From: Acidobacteriota bacterium
Lineage (GTDB): Bacteria > Acidobacteriota > UBA890 > WLXD01
Direction: 5' to 3'
Length of the DNA: 64,000 bases
Assembly: GCA_963666215.2 (NCBI GenBank)
Contig: CAXWPL010000005.1
Coordinates: 288,001 to 352,000, forward strand
Positions 46,645 through 55,507 of this stretch are shown in pieces; within the stretch, counting starts at the first letter, position 1; the number at the start of each line of letters is the position of its first letter. The notes beneath the pieces are model-generated. The model worked only from the letters and a program-made list of their open reading frames with translations, was not told the origin of the DNA and did no database searches. A program made the translations under genes and the position numbers.

Positions 46645-47799
46645 CTAGGGAGCTGTCAACGTGGTCCGCTTGACCAGATGGCGCTCGACCCTCTCCTCGA
46701 TCACCTCGTAACCGATACCCGGAGCGCTCGGCACCGCCACCTTGCCGTCATGACCAAGCTCGACCGCCGGCTCGATGATGTCCTCTTTCCAGTATCGATT
46801 CGATGCCGACAGGTCGTTGGCCATCGAGAAACCGGGCAACGTGGCGATGGCGATGTTGTGCAGTCGACCCACGCCCGATTCGAGCATGCCACCGCACCAC
46901 ACCGGGATGTCGTGGCGGCCACACAGGTCGTGCACGGCGATGCCATTGCTGCGCCCGCCGAGACGCGAACACTTGATGTTGATGATGCGCCCCGCTTCTT
47001 TGTGCAGAGCCTCGGCCGTGCGCTCGACGGTGGACGCAGCTTCGTCGAGGCAAATCGGGGTCTTCATACGGGTCTGCAGCTCTGCATGCCCGTCGAGGTC
47101 GTCGTGACCCAGAGGCTGCTCGATCATCAGGAGCCCCATATCGTCGAGCTCGAGCAGCGGCGCCACGTCGCGACCCTCGTAGCCGCAGTTGGCGTCGGCC
47201 ATCAGCGGGATATCGCCAAAACGGTCACGCACTCTCCGAATCAAGTCGACATCGTGCCCGTCCTCGATCTTGAGCTTGATGCGTCGGTAGCCGCTCGCGA
47301 GCGCGTCGTCGATTTGTTTTTCGAGGACGGCGAACTCGGGCTGGATCCCCAGGGAAATGCCCACCTCCACGCGATCGCGCGGTGCCGCGCCATCAGCGCC
47401 GCGGGTTTCGGATGCCTCTGAGTAGAGGCGGTGCAGTGGCATGCCACGGCGCCGGGCTTCGAGATCCCACACCGCCTCTTCGATCGCCGCCCGCGCCATC
47501 GGATGCCAGTGCCAATCCGCGAGCACACGCCCGAGCGCGGCCGCTGCGCCCTCCTCCGGCAGCTCCGCCGCAAACGTGTCGGCAGCGAGAAAGTCCTCGA
47601 TGATGTGCCAGCACGTGCCGACCGTTTCGTACGAGTAACGGGGTGGCCAGTCGGCGCCAGCTTCGCCCCACCCTGTCACGCCCTCGGCGTGCGCTCGCAC
47701 CAGCAGGATGTTGCGTTCGTGTATGCCGCCGCGCGAGGTGGCGAACCACCCGACCAGCGGCATCTTGATCCATATCAGATCGAGCGCTTCGATTCGCAT
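46645..47799 (-). CDS. OSBS/N-succinylamino acid racemase (enolase superfamily)
   Basis: GYRRIKLKI, MADAN, IEQP, CLDE, INIK, WCGGMLE and DLSAS.RY motifs; next to a GNAT gene with no men genes nearby. Confidence 0.88.
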   Translation of the reverse strand: MRIEALDLIWIKMPLVGWFATSRGGIHERNILLVRAHAEGVTGWGEAGADWPPRYSYETVGTCWHIIEDFLAADTFAAELPEEGAAAALGRVLADWHWHPMARAAIEEAVWDLEARRRGMPLHRLYSEASETRGADGAAPRDRVEVGISLGIQPEFAVLEKQIDDALASGYRRIKLKIEDGHDVDLIRRVRDRFGDIPLMADANCGYEGRDVAPLLELDDMGLLMIEQPLGHDDLDGHAELQTRMKTPICLDEAASTVERTAEALHKEAGRIINIKCSRLGGRSNGIAVHDLCGRHDIPVWCGGMLESGVGRLHNIAIATLPGFSMANDLSASNRYWKEDIIEPAVELGHDGKVAVPSAPGIGYEVIEERVERHLVKRTTLTAP

Positions 47800-47862
47800 T
47801 GATTGCCTCTTGTTGTGCACGTCTCGGTGGGAGCGGGTTGGCGGCCAGGCCAGGAGGCCCGT

Positions 47863-48762
47863 TCAGCTCAACCAGGAATCCGCCCCTGGCTCTACCTCAG
47901 GGTCGCTCAGCTCGAGCAGGTAGTACGTCCGTCGCTGTCCGTTGGCGTCGGGTGGGGTCGGAAAGCACTCTCGCGCGTGATAGCCGCGATCGAAGTAACC
48001 CACCAGTACCGCACGAGTCGCCGCACGCCAGGCCAGTGCAGCCTCTCGATCGGTCGCTTTGATTGCCTGGATCGATCGCGGGATCTCACACAGTAAGCGC
48101 GCCTCGTCCAGAGCGAGTCGAGGCTCTCCCGGCCACTCCACTCCGTCGCGCTCCACCGCATCCAGAGCGCTTGGAAGTGTGGCGCGCTCCGCCGACAGGC
48201 GCTCGACGAGCGCCTTCGTGTTGCCGGAGCGCCGCTGCGCCACGCGGCTGGCGCTCAGATACCAGTCGGCTCGAAAGCGGTCGGTGGGCGTCCCCTGATG
48301 CAACGGGCTGGTGGTATCGCCATACATATTGGGCCAATACGTCTGTGCCACGACTCCGAGCTTGCCGAAGTTGAAATACCCGTTGAGCGACTCCAACGGG
48401 TCGTACGTCCAGCACATCAACTCAAGTCCCTGCTCGAGAGCCACATCGCGCTGCGCCCATTTGAGAGCCGTTCCCAGCCCGGAGTCGCGCAAATCCGAGC
48501 GCACCGCGGTCATCTGCGAGTAGTGCATCAACCGACCGTCGTCGAGGCGCCCGAGAAAGCCGTAGCAAAAGGCGAGCATCGCCGCCTCGGTGTCGAAGGC
48601 ACCGAGCAGAATGCCCCCCGCCTTGCGCGCGGCGATGAGCTGCGTCAGAGGAATGACGTCACGGTCGCAGGAAAACCCCCAAGCGTGCTTCTGGAGCTCT
48701 TCGCACGCGTGCAGCTCGTCGAACTCGACGATGTCGCGTATCTCGATCTCGCTCGGTTGCAT
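47863..48762 (-). CDS. GNAT-family acyltransferase (putative D-amino acid N-succinyltransferase)
   Basis: GGILLGAF, YSQMTAV, LKWAQR, WTYDPL...N..FN..KLG and TDRF...W motifs. Confidence 0.8.
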   Translation of the reverse strand: MQPSEIEIRDIVEFDELHACEELQKHAWGFSCDRDVIPLTQLIAARKAGGILLGAFDTEAAMLAFCYGFLGRLDDGRLMHYSQMTAVRSDLRDSGLGTALKWAQRDVALEQGLELMCWTYDPLESLNGYFNFGKLGVVAQTYWPNMYGDTTSPLHQGTPTDRFRADWYLSASRVAQRRSGNTKALVERLSAERATLPSALDAVERDGVEWPGEPRLALDEARLLCEIPRSIQAIKATDREAALAWRAATRAVLVGYFDRGYHARECFPTPPDANGQRRTYYLLELSDPEVEPGADSWLS

Positions 48763-48893
48763 ATGACCGCTCTCAGCCTCAAGACCGCCCCACGATCGCC
48801 ACGCGGGCGTCCGACGACGCGATGATACGTCAGCGACGAGGGCGGCGGCAGACGGAGTGGATTCTCAGTTCGGCACGCGGTGGGGGAAGGGCC

Positions 48894-49044
48894 GCTCGGG
48901 CGGACGCACCCCTCTGCGTAGCGATGCCCTGTGCAGTAGAAAATCGACGCCGGCCAAGGCCGGTCATTGAATCGAGGCGCTCGTCCCGGCCGGCGTCCAC
49001 TGATCGCAGCCAATCGCCTAGCAGAGGGGTGCGTCCGCCCGAGC
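48894..49044 (+). repeat. ~150-nt rod-like palindromic element, copy 2
   Basis: Perfect 24-bp terminal inverted repeat 48894-917/49021-044; inner stem 48946-55/48988-97; homologous to 36416-36564. Confidence 0.85.
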
Positions 49045-49059
49045 CCCGCTCCCCTCGCC

Positions 49060-49830
49060 TCAAACCCCCGTCGGATGATCGATCCAAACGATCTCCACCC
49101 CGAGCTCCGCCGCTAACCGCTCGCCGACCGCACGCACACCAAGAGTTTCGGTGGCGTAGTGGCCGCCGAAGAGGCAGTTGATGCCGAGCTCGCGAGCGTC
49201 GTGGTAGGCGGACTGGCGCGGTTCGCCGGTCACCAGACAGTCGGCGCCGCTGGCCGCCGCCTCGGCGAGCGTGCTGGCGCCGGCACCGGTGACCACCGCG
49301 AGGGTTTCCACCGGATCGGGCCCGGTGGCCCAAAGGAGCTGTTCGTCGCAACCAATGGCGGCGAAGCGGCCGGCGAGCTCGGCGAGGGCGATCGGTTGGG
49401 GCAAACGACCCAACGTGCCGATATCGACGCCGGCGTAACTCCCGAAACGACCCGTGGGCTCGGCGCCAAGGGCTCGTGCCAGCAGGACATTGTTGCCGAC
49501 CTCGGGGTGCAAATCGAGCGGCAGGTGGGCCGCGTAGACGTTGAGATCGGCTGTGAAGCAGCGGCGAACGCGGGCGCCGAGGATGCCGCGGAGGGGTTGT
49601 TGCGGGCCCCAGAAAAGGCCGTGGTGGGTGAACAGGAGCTGACAGTCGGCGTCGATCGCGCGCTCGATCGTCGCCGCGGCCGCATCGACCGCAACCGCGA
49701 CACGCTCTATTGCCGCGGCACCCTCCACCTGTAGTCCATTGAGCGACGGCTCGTCGATGCCGCCAATTTCGAGGAGTCCGTCGAGATAGGCCACGACGCG
49801 GTCGCGTGGAGTACCTGATTCGGTGCTCAT
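49060..49830 (-). CDS. Nif3-like dinuclear metal centre protein (DUF34)
   Basis: NGLQVEG, THHGL, YAAHLPLD.H, VTGE and GHYATE motifs. ATG 49830 overlaps the upstream stop. Confidence 0.92.
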   Translation of the reverse strand: MSTESGTPRDRVVAYLDGLLEIGGIDEPSLNGLQVEGAAAIERVAVAVDAAAATIERAIDADCQLLFTHHGLFWGPQQPLRGILGARVRRCFTADLNVYAAHLPLDLHPEVGNNVLLARALGAEPTGRFGSYAGVDIGTLGRLPQPIALAELAGRFAAIGCDEQLLWATGPDPVETLAVVTGAGASTLAEAAASGADCLVTGEPRQSAYHDARELGINCLFGGHYATETLGVRAVGERLAAELGVEIVWIDHPTGV

Positions 49831-51260
49831 CACTTGCCCACTAGCCACTGCGTCAGCGACCGATCGCCAGGCTCCTCGTAGGGCCCCGCCACGGCGACGG
49901 CGTAGCCGTTGGGGCGCAGCACTCGCCGCGCGGCGCGTGTCACGTCGTCGACGGTAACGGCCTGCATGAGCGCCGGAAAGCGATCGAGGTAATCGAGGCC
50001 GAGGTCGTGGACCTCGATCTGCCGCATGAGGCCGGCGATCCCCGCGTTGCTCTCGAGGCTGCGCGGCAGCGAACGCACGATCGCTGAACAAGCGTCGTCG
50101 AGCTCTTGCGGTTCGACGGGCTGTGTGGCCATACGGTGGATCTCGGCGACGATCGCCTCGAGCGCCGGTTCAACGTGGTGCGGCTGCACGCCGGCCCGCA
50201 CAACGAACGCACCCGCGCCGAGTCCGGCGCGAAGCGCGCTGTAGGTCGTGTAGGCCATGCCCTTCTCCTCGCGCACAATGCGGCCCAACCGACCGCCCAT
50301 GGCGAAACGGCCGAGGATCATGTTCATCAGCGCGGCGCCGTAGTACTCGGGATCGTTGCGGCGAATGCCGGGATGTCCGAGCGCAAGCTCCGCTTGCGTC
50401 TTGTTCATCATCGGACGCACCACAGCGCGGATCGCCCCGAGCTCGGGAGCATCTGGAATTTCAGGCTGCAGCGTCCTATAGCTTGTTTGCGTCGCGGCAC
50501 CGGCCTCAGCGGGTGCCTGCACTGAGTTGGCAGCCACAGAGCTCCAGCTGCCGAACCCGCGCTCGGCCGCCTCGAGTGCGCTGTGCTCGTCTACGTTGCC
50601 GACGATGACGAGCAGGCTCGCTTCGGGACGGTAGTGCGCGGCATGAAACGCAACAAAGTCGTCGCGGCCGAGAGCGTCGACGCTTTCTACGGTGCCGCGC
50701 GCCGGCGTGGCATACGGATGCTCGGCCGGATAGATCAGCTCCCGGAACGCCGTGTCCATCACGTGCGCCGGGTCGTCAGCGGCCTCGCGCAGCGAAGTGA
50801 CGCGATCACCCTTGATCTGGCTGATCTCGCGCTGCGGGAACTCCGGTTCGCGCGCCACCTCGGCGAGCAACTCGAGCAAGGGCTCGAAATCTGCCGGACG
50901 GCCACGTACGCCGATGCCGGCGGCATGACGACCGGCGTCGCCGGCCAGATCGGCGCCGACGAAGTCGAGCAACTCGCCAATCTCCTGCTTGCTGCGACGC
51001 ATGGTGCCACGTGTCGTGCCGCGGGCGACCAAGGATGCCAGGCCGAGCGGGGACCCGGTCGATAGACCGTCGGTCGAGTCCGCCAGACCGCCCGTGGCCG
51101 ACGCGCTCACCTCGAGCGTAGCGCCGGCAACAACGTTGAGCGTCGCGCTCACCGCGGCTGACGCGGGGTTGCGCTGGCAAAGAACGGTCAGACCGTTGTC
51201 GAGTCGGCTGCGCAAGGGCGAGAACGCCTTGCCAACGCTCCAGGCGGGCGATTCGCTCAC
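49830..51260 (-). CDS. M16B peptidase-like subunit lacking HxxEH
   Basis: LDNGL start, GLASLVARG in place of HxxEH, and RLGRIVREEKGMAY. Confidence 0.88.
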   Translation of the reverse strand: MSESPAWSVGKAFSPLRSRLDNGLTVLCQRNPASAAVSATLNVVAGATLEVSASATGGLADSTDGLSTGSPLGLASLVARGTTRGTMRRSKQEIGELLDFVGADLAGDAGRHAAGIGVRGRPADFEPLLELLAEVAREPEFPQREISQIKGDRVTSLREAADDPAHVMDTAFRELIYPAEHPYATPARGTVESVDALGRDDFVAFHAAHYRPEASLLVIVGNVDEHSALEAAERGFGSWSSVAANSVQAPAEAGAATQTSYRTLQPEIPDAPELGAIRAVVRPMMNKTQAELALGHPGIRRNDPEYYGAALMNMILGRFAMGGRLGRIVREEKGMAYTTYSALRAGLGAGAFVVRAGVQPHHVEPALEAIVAEIHRMATQPVEPQELDDACSAIVRSLPRSLESNAGIAGLMRQIEVHDLGLDYLDRFPALMQAVTVDDVTRAARRVLRPNGYAVAVAGPYEEPGDRSLTQWLVGK

Positions 51261-51342
51261 CGGGCCCTCCGCGACGCGCCGGGGCGAGCGTCGGCCGCGG
51301 GCCCGATCGTCGAACTGCGTGCGGCGCTATCGGAGCTCCTCA

Positions 51343-52671
51343 TCACGACTCCAAAGGCTGCGGCTCGAAGCGACCCACCGTTCGCCTCTCCGGCACCCAG
51401 TAGCGCTGTGCAGCGGCTTGCACGTCGTCGGATTTCAGCGACTCGACGCGCTCGACAAGCTCTCCGAGCATGCGCCAGTCGGCAATGGTGGCGAAGTAGC
51501 CGAGCTGATGCGCAATCTGGGTCGCGCCCTCGACTTCGAACGCGAGCGACGCCAGCACCTGGTTCTTGGCCTTACGCAGGGCGTGATCGCTGAGATCTCC
51601 CGCAGCGACGTCGTCCATGGCTCGGTACACCGCGGCCTCGGCGGCATCCGGATCGGCACCGTCGCGCAGCGTCGCTCCGACGCCGTACAGGTAGGGCTGT
51701 TCTGTGGGCAGGAGTGCGCTGCTCGCGACAACGGCGAGCTCGGTCTCGACGAGCTCGCGGTACAGCGGCGAAGTCGTCCGCGCGTTGCGCCCAAAGCCGC
51801 CGCTCCACAAGCTCACCCCTTTGCCGCCCGCTAGAACGGCGTCGGCAACCAGCAACGGCAGGAAGGCGGGATCGGCGAACGCCGGTGCATGGTGGACAAT
51901 TTGCAGATACGCCGCCGTTCCCGGCCGCCGCAGCACCACTCGGCGCTCGCCGCCCTGCTCAGGCTCCGCCACTGGCGGCGTCTGCGAATGCGCGCCGGCC
52001 GGAATGTCGCCAAAATGCGCCACCACCGCGTCGAGCACGGTGCCAGGGTCAACGTCGCCCACAACTACGAGCGTCGCATTCGACGGCACGTAGTGGCGAC
52101 GGTAGTAACCCAGCAGGTCGGCGTGCTCGACGCGCTCGAGATCGGTCTTCCAGCCGATCGTCGGCCAGCGGTACGGGTGAGCGCGAAAAGCGGCAGCCGT
52201 GACGTCGACGTCGAGCTCGTAGGCCGAGTCGTTCATGTTGCCCTGCAGCTCGGAGAGCACGACCGTGCGCTCGCTCTCGAATTCGTCGACCTGGTAGAGG
52301 CACTCGTGCATGCGTTCGGCCTCGATCTGCAGCGCCAGATCGAGGGCATCGGAGGCCAGTGTCTCGAGGTAGGTCGTCTGATCGAGCCAGGTGTAGCCGT
52401 TCCAGGTGCCGCCAGCCCGCTCGATCCAAACCTTCAGATTCTCGCGGGAGATGTTGCGCGTGCCCTTGAAGTTCATGTGTTCGACGAAATGTGCCAAGCC
52501 CGTTGTGCCAACACCATCGTCTTTCGAGCCGACGTGATACCAGCACCAAACCGACACCAAAGGCACGTTATGCAGCGGCAGCACGAGAACCCGTAGCCCG
52601 TTGTCGAGGCGATGCTCGACGACGTCGTCGAGCGGCAACAGCGCGCCGGCCGAGGCAAGGGCATCAGACAT
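51343..52671 (-). CDS. M16B zinc metallopeptidase, catalytic subunit
   Basis: GLAHFVEHMNFKG, NGYT..D.T.Y, ERTVVLSE and HPYRWPTIG motifs. Confidence 0.92.
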   Translation of the reverse strand: MSDALASAGALLPLDDVVEHRLDNGLRVLVLPLHNVPLVSVWCWYHVGSKDDGVGTTGLAHFVEHMNFKGTRNISRENLKVWIERAGGTWNGYTWLDQTTYLETLASDALDLALQIEAERMHECLYQVDEFESERTVVLSELQGNMNDSAYELDVDVTAAAFRAHPYRWPTIGWKTDLERVEHADLLGYYRRHYVPSNATLVVVGDVDPGTVLDAVVAHFGDIPAGAHSQTPPVAEPEQGGERRVVLRRPGTAAYLQIVHHAPAFADPAFLPLLVADAVLAGGKGVSLWSGGFGRNARTTSPLYRELVETELAVVASSALLPTEQPYLYGVGATLRDGADPDAAEAAVYRAMDDVAAGDLSDHALRKAKNQVLASLAFEVEGATQIAHQLGYFATIADWRMLGELVERVESLKSDDVQAAAQRYWVPERRTVGRFEPQPLES

Positions 52672-53138
52672 CAAGAACCCCCTCCATCGGCGGTGTCGTT
52701 GCCCTGTGGCCCGAAGATCTCTGGCGCGAACTCGGCCATGAGCGAACGCGTGGTCTCGTCGGCGGGAGCGAACGCCCGCTGCCCAACATGCACTCGCCAG
52801 CTGTAGCGCTGCTGCTTGCACGTTGGGCAACTGGCCGGCGCGCAGGTCACGTCAAGCGTGCCGTAGAAGCGCGAAACGAGCGCAGCGGAGCAGTCGATCG
52901 CGGATTGTTGCCGAGACTCGATGTACTCGCCGAGGGTCGGTGTCGGTTCCGTATCCACGCCAGCTCTGAAGTCGGTCACGACCTCGATCGAGCGTCGAAT
53001 GTCGCCCGCCTGGTACATCCGGTCGATGGTGTACAGCGCGACGAGCCCGAGAATCGCCGCCGGAATCACCAGGAACCAGTTGTCGCGCCGAATACGGGGC
53101 TTCCGCGGCCCGACTCCGATCATCTTCTCGAGGCTCAT
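52671..53138 (-). CDS. Hypothetical single-TM membrane-anchored protein with Cys motifs
   Basis: Exactly fills the gap between the NhaC-family and M16 genes with ATGA/TGATG coupling at both ends; TM segment WFLVIPAAILGLVALYTI; C...C...CPTC. Confidence 0.7.
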   Translation of the reverse strand: MSLEKMIGVGPRKPRIRRDNWFLVIPAAILGLVALYTIDRMYQAGDIRRSIEVVTDFRAGVDTEPTPTLGEYIESRQQSAIDCSAALVSRFYGTLDVTCAPASCPTCKQQRYSWRVHVGQRAFAPADETTRSLMAEFAPEIFGPQGNDTADGGGS

Positions 53139-54541
53139 GCGGGAAACAGGCCGGCGACGAAGAAGAGCACCAGCGACGCGGCACCCGGAATCAGCGCATA
53201 GGGGATTTGCGTCGTCACGTGCTCGATGTGATCGCAGCCAGCCGACATCGATGCCACAACCGTGGTGTCGGAGATCGGCGAGCAGTGATCGCCGAAGATG
53301 CCGCCGGCCATCACCGCAGCCACCGCCAGTGGCAGCGGCGAGCCGAGCTGCTGCGCAAGGGGCACCGCGATCGGCATGAGAATCGCGAAGGTGCCCCACG
53401 AGCTTCCGGTCGAGAAGGCGATCAAGCCACCCGTAAGGAAGACGAGAGGTGCGACGGTCGAAGGGCCAATCCAGGGTGCCACGGTGTTGGCCACCCACGG
53501 GCCGGTACCCAGAGCCCGGCAGACCGATCCCATCGCCAGCGCGAGCGCCAGGATGGTGGCTACCGGCAGCAGCTCCTGAAAGCCCTGGATCGCCTTCTCG
53601 GACATCTCGGTCACGGTGAACAGGCCTTGGCTGCGGTAGAGCAGCATAGCCGAGAGCACGCCCGACGATACCGCCCACAGCACGGAGGTCGATCCGGAGC
53701 CCGCCGTCCAGTCGCCGTTGCCGGTGATGTACAGCACGACCATCACCATGACCACGGTTACGACGACGGGCAGCACCAGGTTGATCGGCCGCTTTCCGGC
53801 TTCCGGGGCGGCCGCGAACGACGGATCGTCGACGGCGTCGGCAGCGGTGGCATCGTGGCCGTCGCGCGCTTCGCGCTCGGCACGGCGCATGGGACCGACC
53901 TCCCAGCCGGTGGTGGCCACCCAAAACACCATGGCCAGTGCCAGCAGGGCGTAGAAGTTGAGGGGTATCGCTCGCAAGAGCACCCCCAGCGGGTCGCTCA
54001 GTCCCTCCGCCGCCAGCAGGCTGAGGATGAGCGCGCCCCACGCGTTGATCGGAATGAGCATGCAGATCGGTGCCGACGTGGAGTCGCAGATGTAGGCCAA
54101 CTTGGCCCGCGACACCCCCACGCGGTCGTATAGCGGCCGGCAGACGGTACCGGTGATCAAGCACGTGATGTTCGACTCGATAAAGATGCTGATCCCGATA
54201 CAGGCCGAGATCAACTGCGCCGAGCGTGGTCCGCGCACCCAGCCGCGCTCGATGGTCCACTCGGCAAAGCCGGCCACGCCGCCCGACTCACGTAGCAACA
54301 CGATGAGCGAGCCGACCACCAGGGTAAACAGAAGCGTCTCGGCGTTCCCCGAATCCGTGACCACGCCGACGATCTGGTTCATCGCCCCCGCGGCGCCAGC
54401 CAGCGGGTTCCAGCCGCCAAGAATCACCGCGCCCACCCAGATCCCGACGAACAGCGAGAGGTACACCTGGCGCGTCCACAAGGCGAGGCCGATCGCCATC
54501 AGTGGCGGTACGAGCGAAAGCCAGCCGTAGTCAACCTGCAT
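53135..54541 (-). CDS. NhaC-family Na+/H+ antiporter or amino-acid transporter
   Basis: SRAKLAYICDSTSAP, FSTGSSWGTF, GDHCSPISDTT and HVTTQIPYA motifs. Confidence 0.9.
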   Translation of the reverse strand: MQVDYGWLSLVPPLMAIGLALWTRQVYLSLFVGIWVGAVILGGWNPLAGAAGAMNQIVGVVTDSGNAETLLFTLVVGSLIVLLRESGGVAGFAEWTIERGWVRGPRSAQLISACIGISIFIESNITCLITGTVCRPLYDRVGVSRAKLAYICDSTSAPICMLIPINAWGALILSLLAAEGLSDPLGVLLRAIPLNFYALLALAMVFWVATTGWEVGPMRRAEREARDGHDATAADAVDDPSFAAAPEAGKRPINLVLPVVVTVVMVMVVLYITGNGDWTAGSGSTSVLWAVSSGVLSAMLLYRSQGLFTVTEMSEKAIQGFQELLPVATILALALAMGSVCRALGTGPWVANTVAPWIGPSTVAPLVFLTGGLIAFSTGSSWGTFAILMPIAVPLAQQLGSPLPLAVAAVMAGGIFGDHCSPISDTTVVASMSAGCDHIEHVTTQIPYALIPGAASLVLFFVAGLFPA

Positions 54542-54659
54542 TCGTTCCAGGTCCGGATCCGGATCCGGATCAGCCGAGGGGGCCGGCTAGAAGTCCGGCC
54601 AAGGATCACACAAGAGCTTGCAACCGCCGGCCATGTTACGCGATGTCACCGAATCACCT

Positions 54660-54668
54660 TGGTAGACT
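54660..54668 (+). promoter_or_regulatory. Extended -10 (TGGTAGACT) 6 nt before the plsC ATG; likely leaderless transcript
   Basis: TG-G-TAGACT, then GCCGCT, then ATG at 54675; no SD sequence. Confidence 0.5.
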
Positions 54669-54674
54669 GCCGCT

Positions 54675-55439
54675 ATGCCCCTGGCAGAGTCTCGAGCACC
54701 GTTGTACCGCGTCGGAGTCGGCCGTGTTCGCTACGTCACCAACTGGATCGTGACTGGCGCCGCGACCGTGCTCTTCGGCAGCCTTGGCGCGCTCGCCGCG
54801 ATCGTCGACAGCAGTGGTCGCGGCGCGTATGCCTGTGGGCGCTACTGGGGGCGCCTCGTGCTGAGCGGCAGCGGCATCCGCGTCAGCGTCTCGGGAGTCG
54901 AGCGACTCGATCCAGCCGCCACCTACATCCTGGTTTCGAACCACCACTCGTTGCTCGACATCCCGGCGGTGCTCGGCTATTTGCCGGTACGTACACGCAT
55001 GCTGGCGAAGGCGTCGTTGTTTCGGATTCCGTTCATGGGCTGGTACCTGAGCCGTGCCGGCTACGTTCCGGTGCACCGTGAGGATCGGCGCCGCGCGCGC
55101 GCGAGTGTCGGCGTTGCCGCCGGGCGCACGGGCAAGGGGTCGTCGATGTTCCTGTTCGCCGAGGGCACGCGCTTCCCCGAGGGCCAGCCTGGTCCTTTCA
55201 AGAGGGGCGCCGCCCATCTGGCGCTGACAACAGGGTTGTCAGTTGTCCCGATTGGGCTCATCAACAGCGGTCGCTTGCTGCCGAGAGGCGGCTGGCGCGC
55301 CGACCCGGGGGTGATCGAGATCCGCGTGGGTGAGCCCATCTCGGTCGAGTCGGCGGAACAGGCCAGCATCGACGCCGCCGGGCTCACGCGTCGCATCCGA
55401 CGCGAGGTGCTCACTCTCGCCGGCATCGCCAACGACTAG
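54675..55439 (+). CDS. plsC: 1-acyl-sn-glycerol-3-phosphate acyltransferase
   Basis: SNHHSLLDIP (HxxxxD), FAEGTR and FKRGA motifs. Confidence 0.9.
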   Translation: MPLAESRAPLYRVGVGRVRYVTNWIVTGAATVLFGSLGALAAIVDSSGRGAYACGRYWGRLVLSGSGIRVSVSGVERLDPAATYILVSNHHSLLDIPAVLGYLPVRTRMLAKASLFRIPFMGWYLSRAGYVPVHREDRRRARASVGVAAGRTGKGSSMFLFAEGTRFPEGQPGPFKRGAAHLALTTGLSVVPIGLINSGRLLPRGGWRADPGVIEIRVGEPISVESAEQASIDAAGLTRRIRREVLTLAGIAND

Positions 55440-55507
55440 CCGGACACCGAGATCGATCCGCTGCCCACAGACCGCCAGCCGCACAGGCAACTCCACTCGA
55501 GTCCGAC

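Noticed and set aside
46645-47799. Annotation as menC in a menaquinone operon
   Set aside because: No other men genes nearby; the GNAT neighbour favours N-succinylamino acid racemase, so the symbol was withheld.
53139-54260. Upstream part of the 529-aa ORF 52671-54260
   Set aside because: Out-of-frame overlap with the NhaC-family gene; only 52671-53138 looks coding.
54553-54571. (CCGGAT)x3 short tandem repeat upstream of the NhaC-family gene
   Set aside because: Only three units; plausible by chance in GC-rich DNA.
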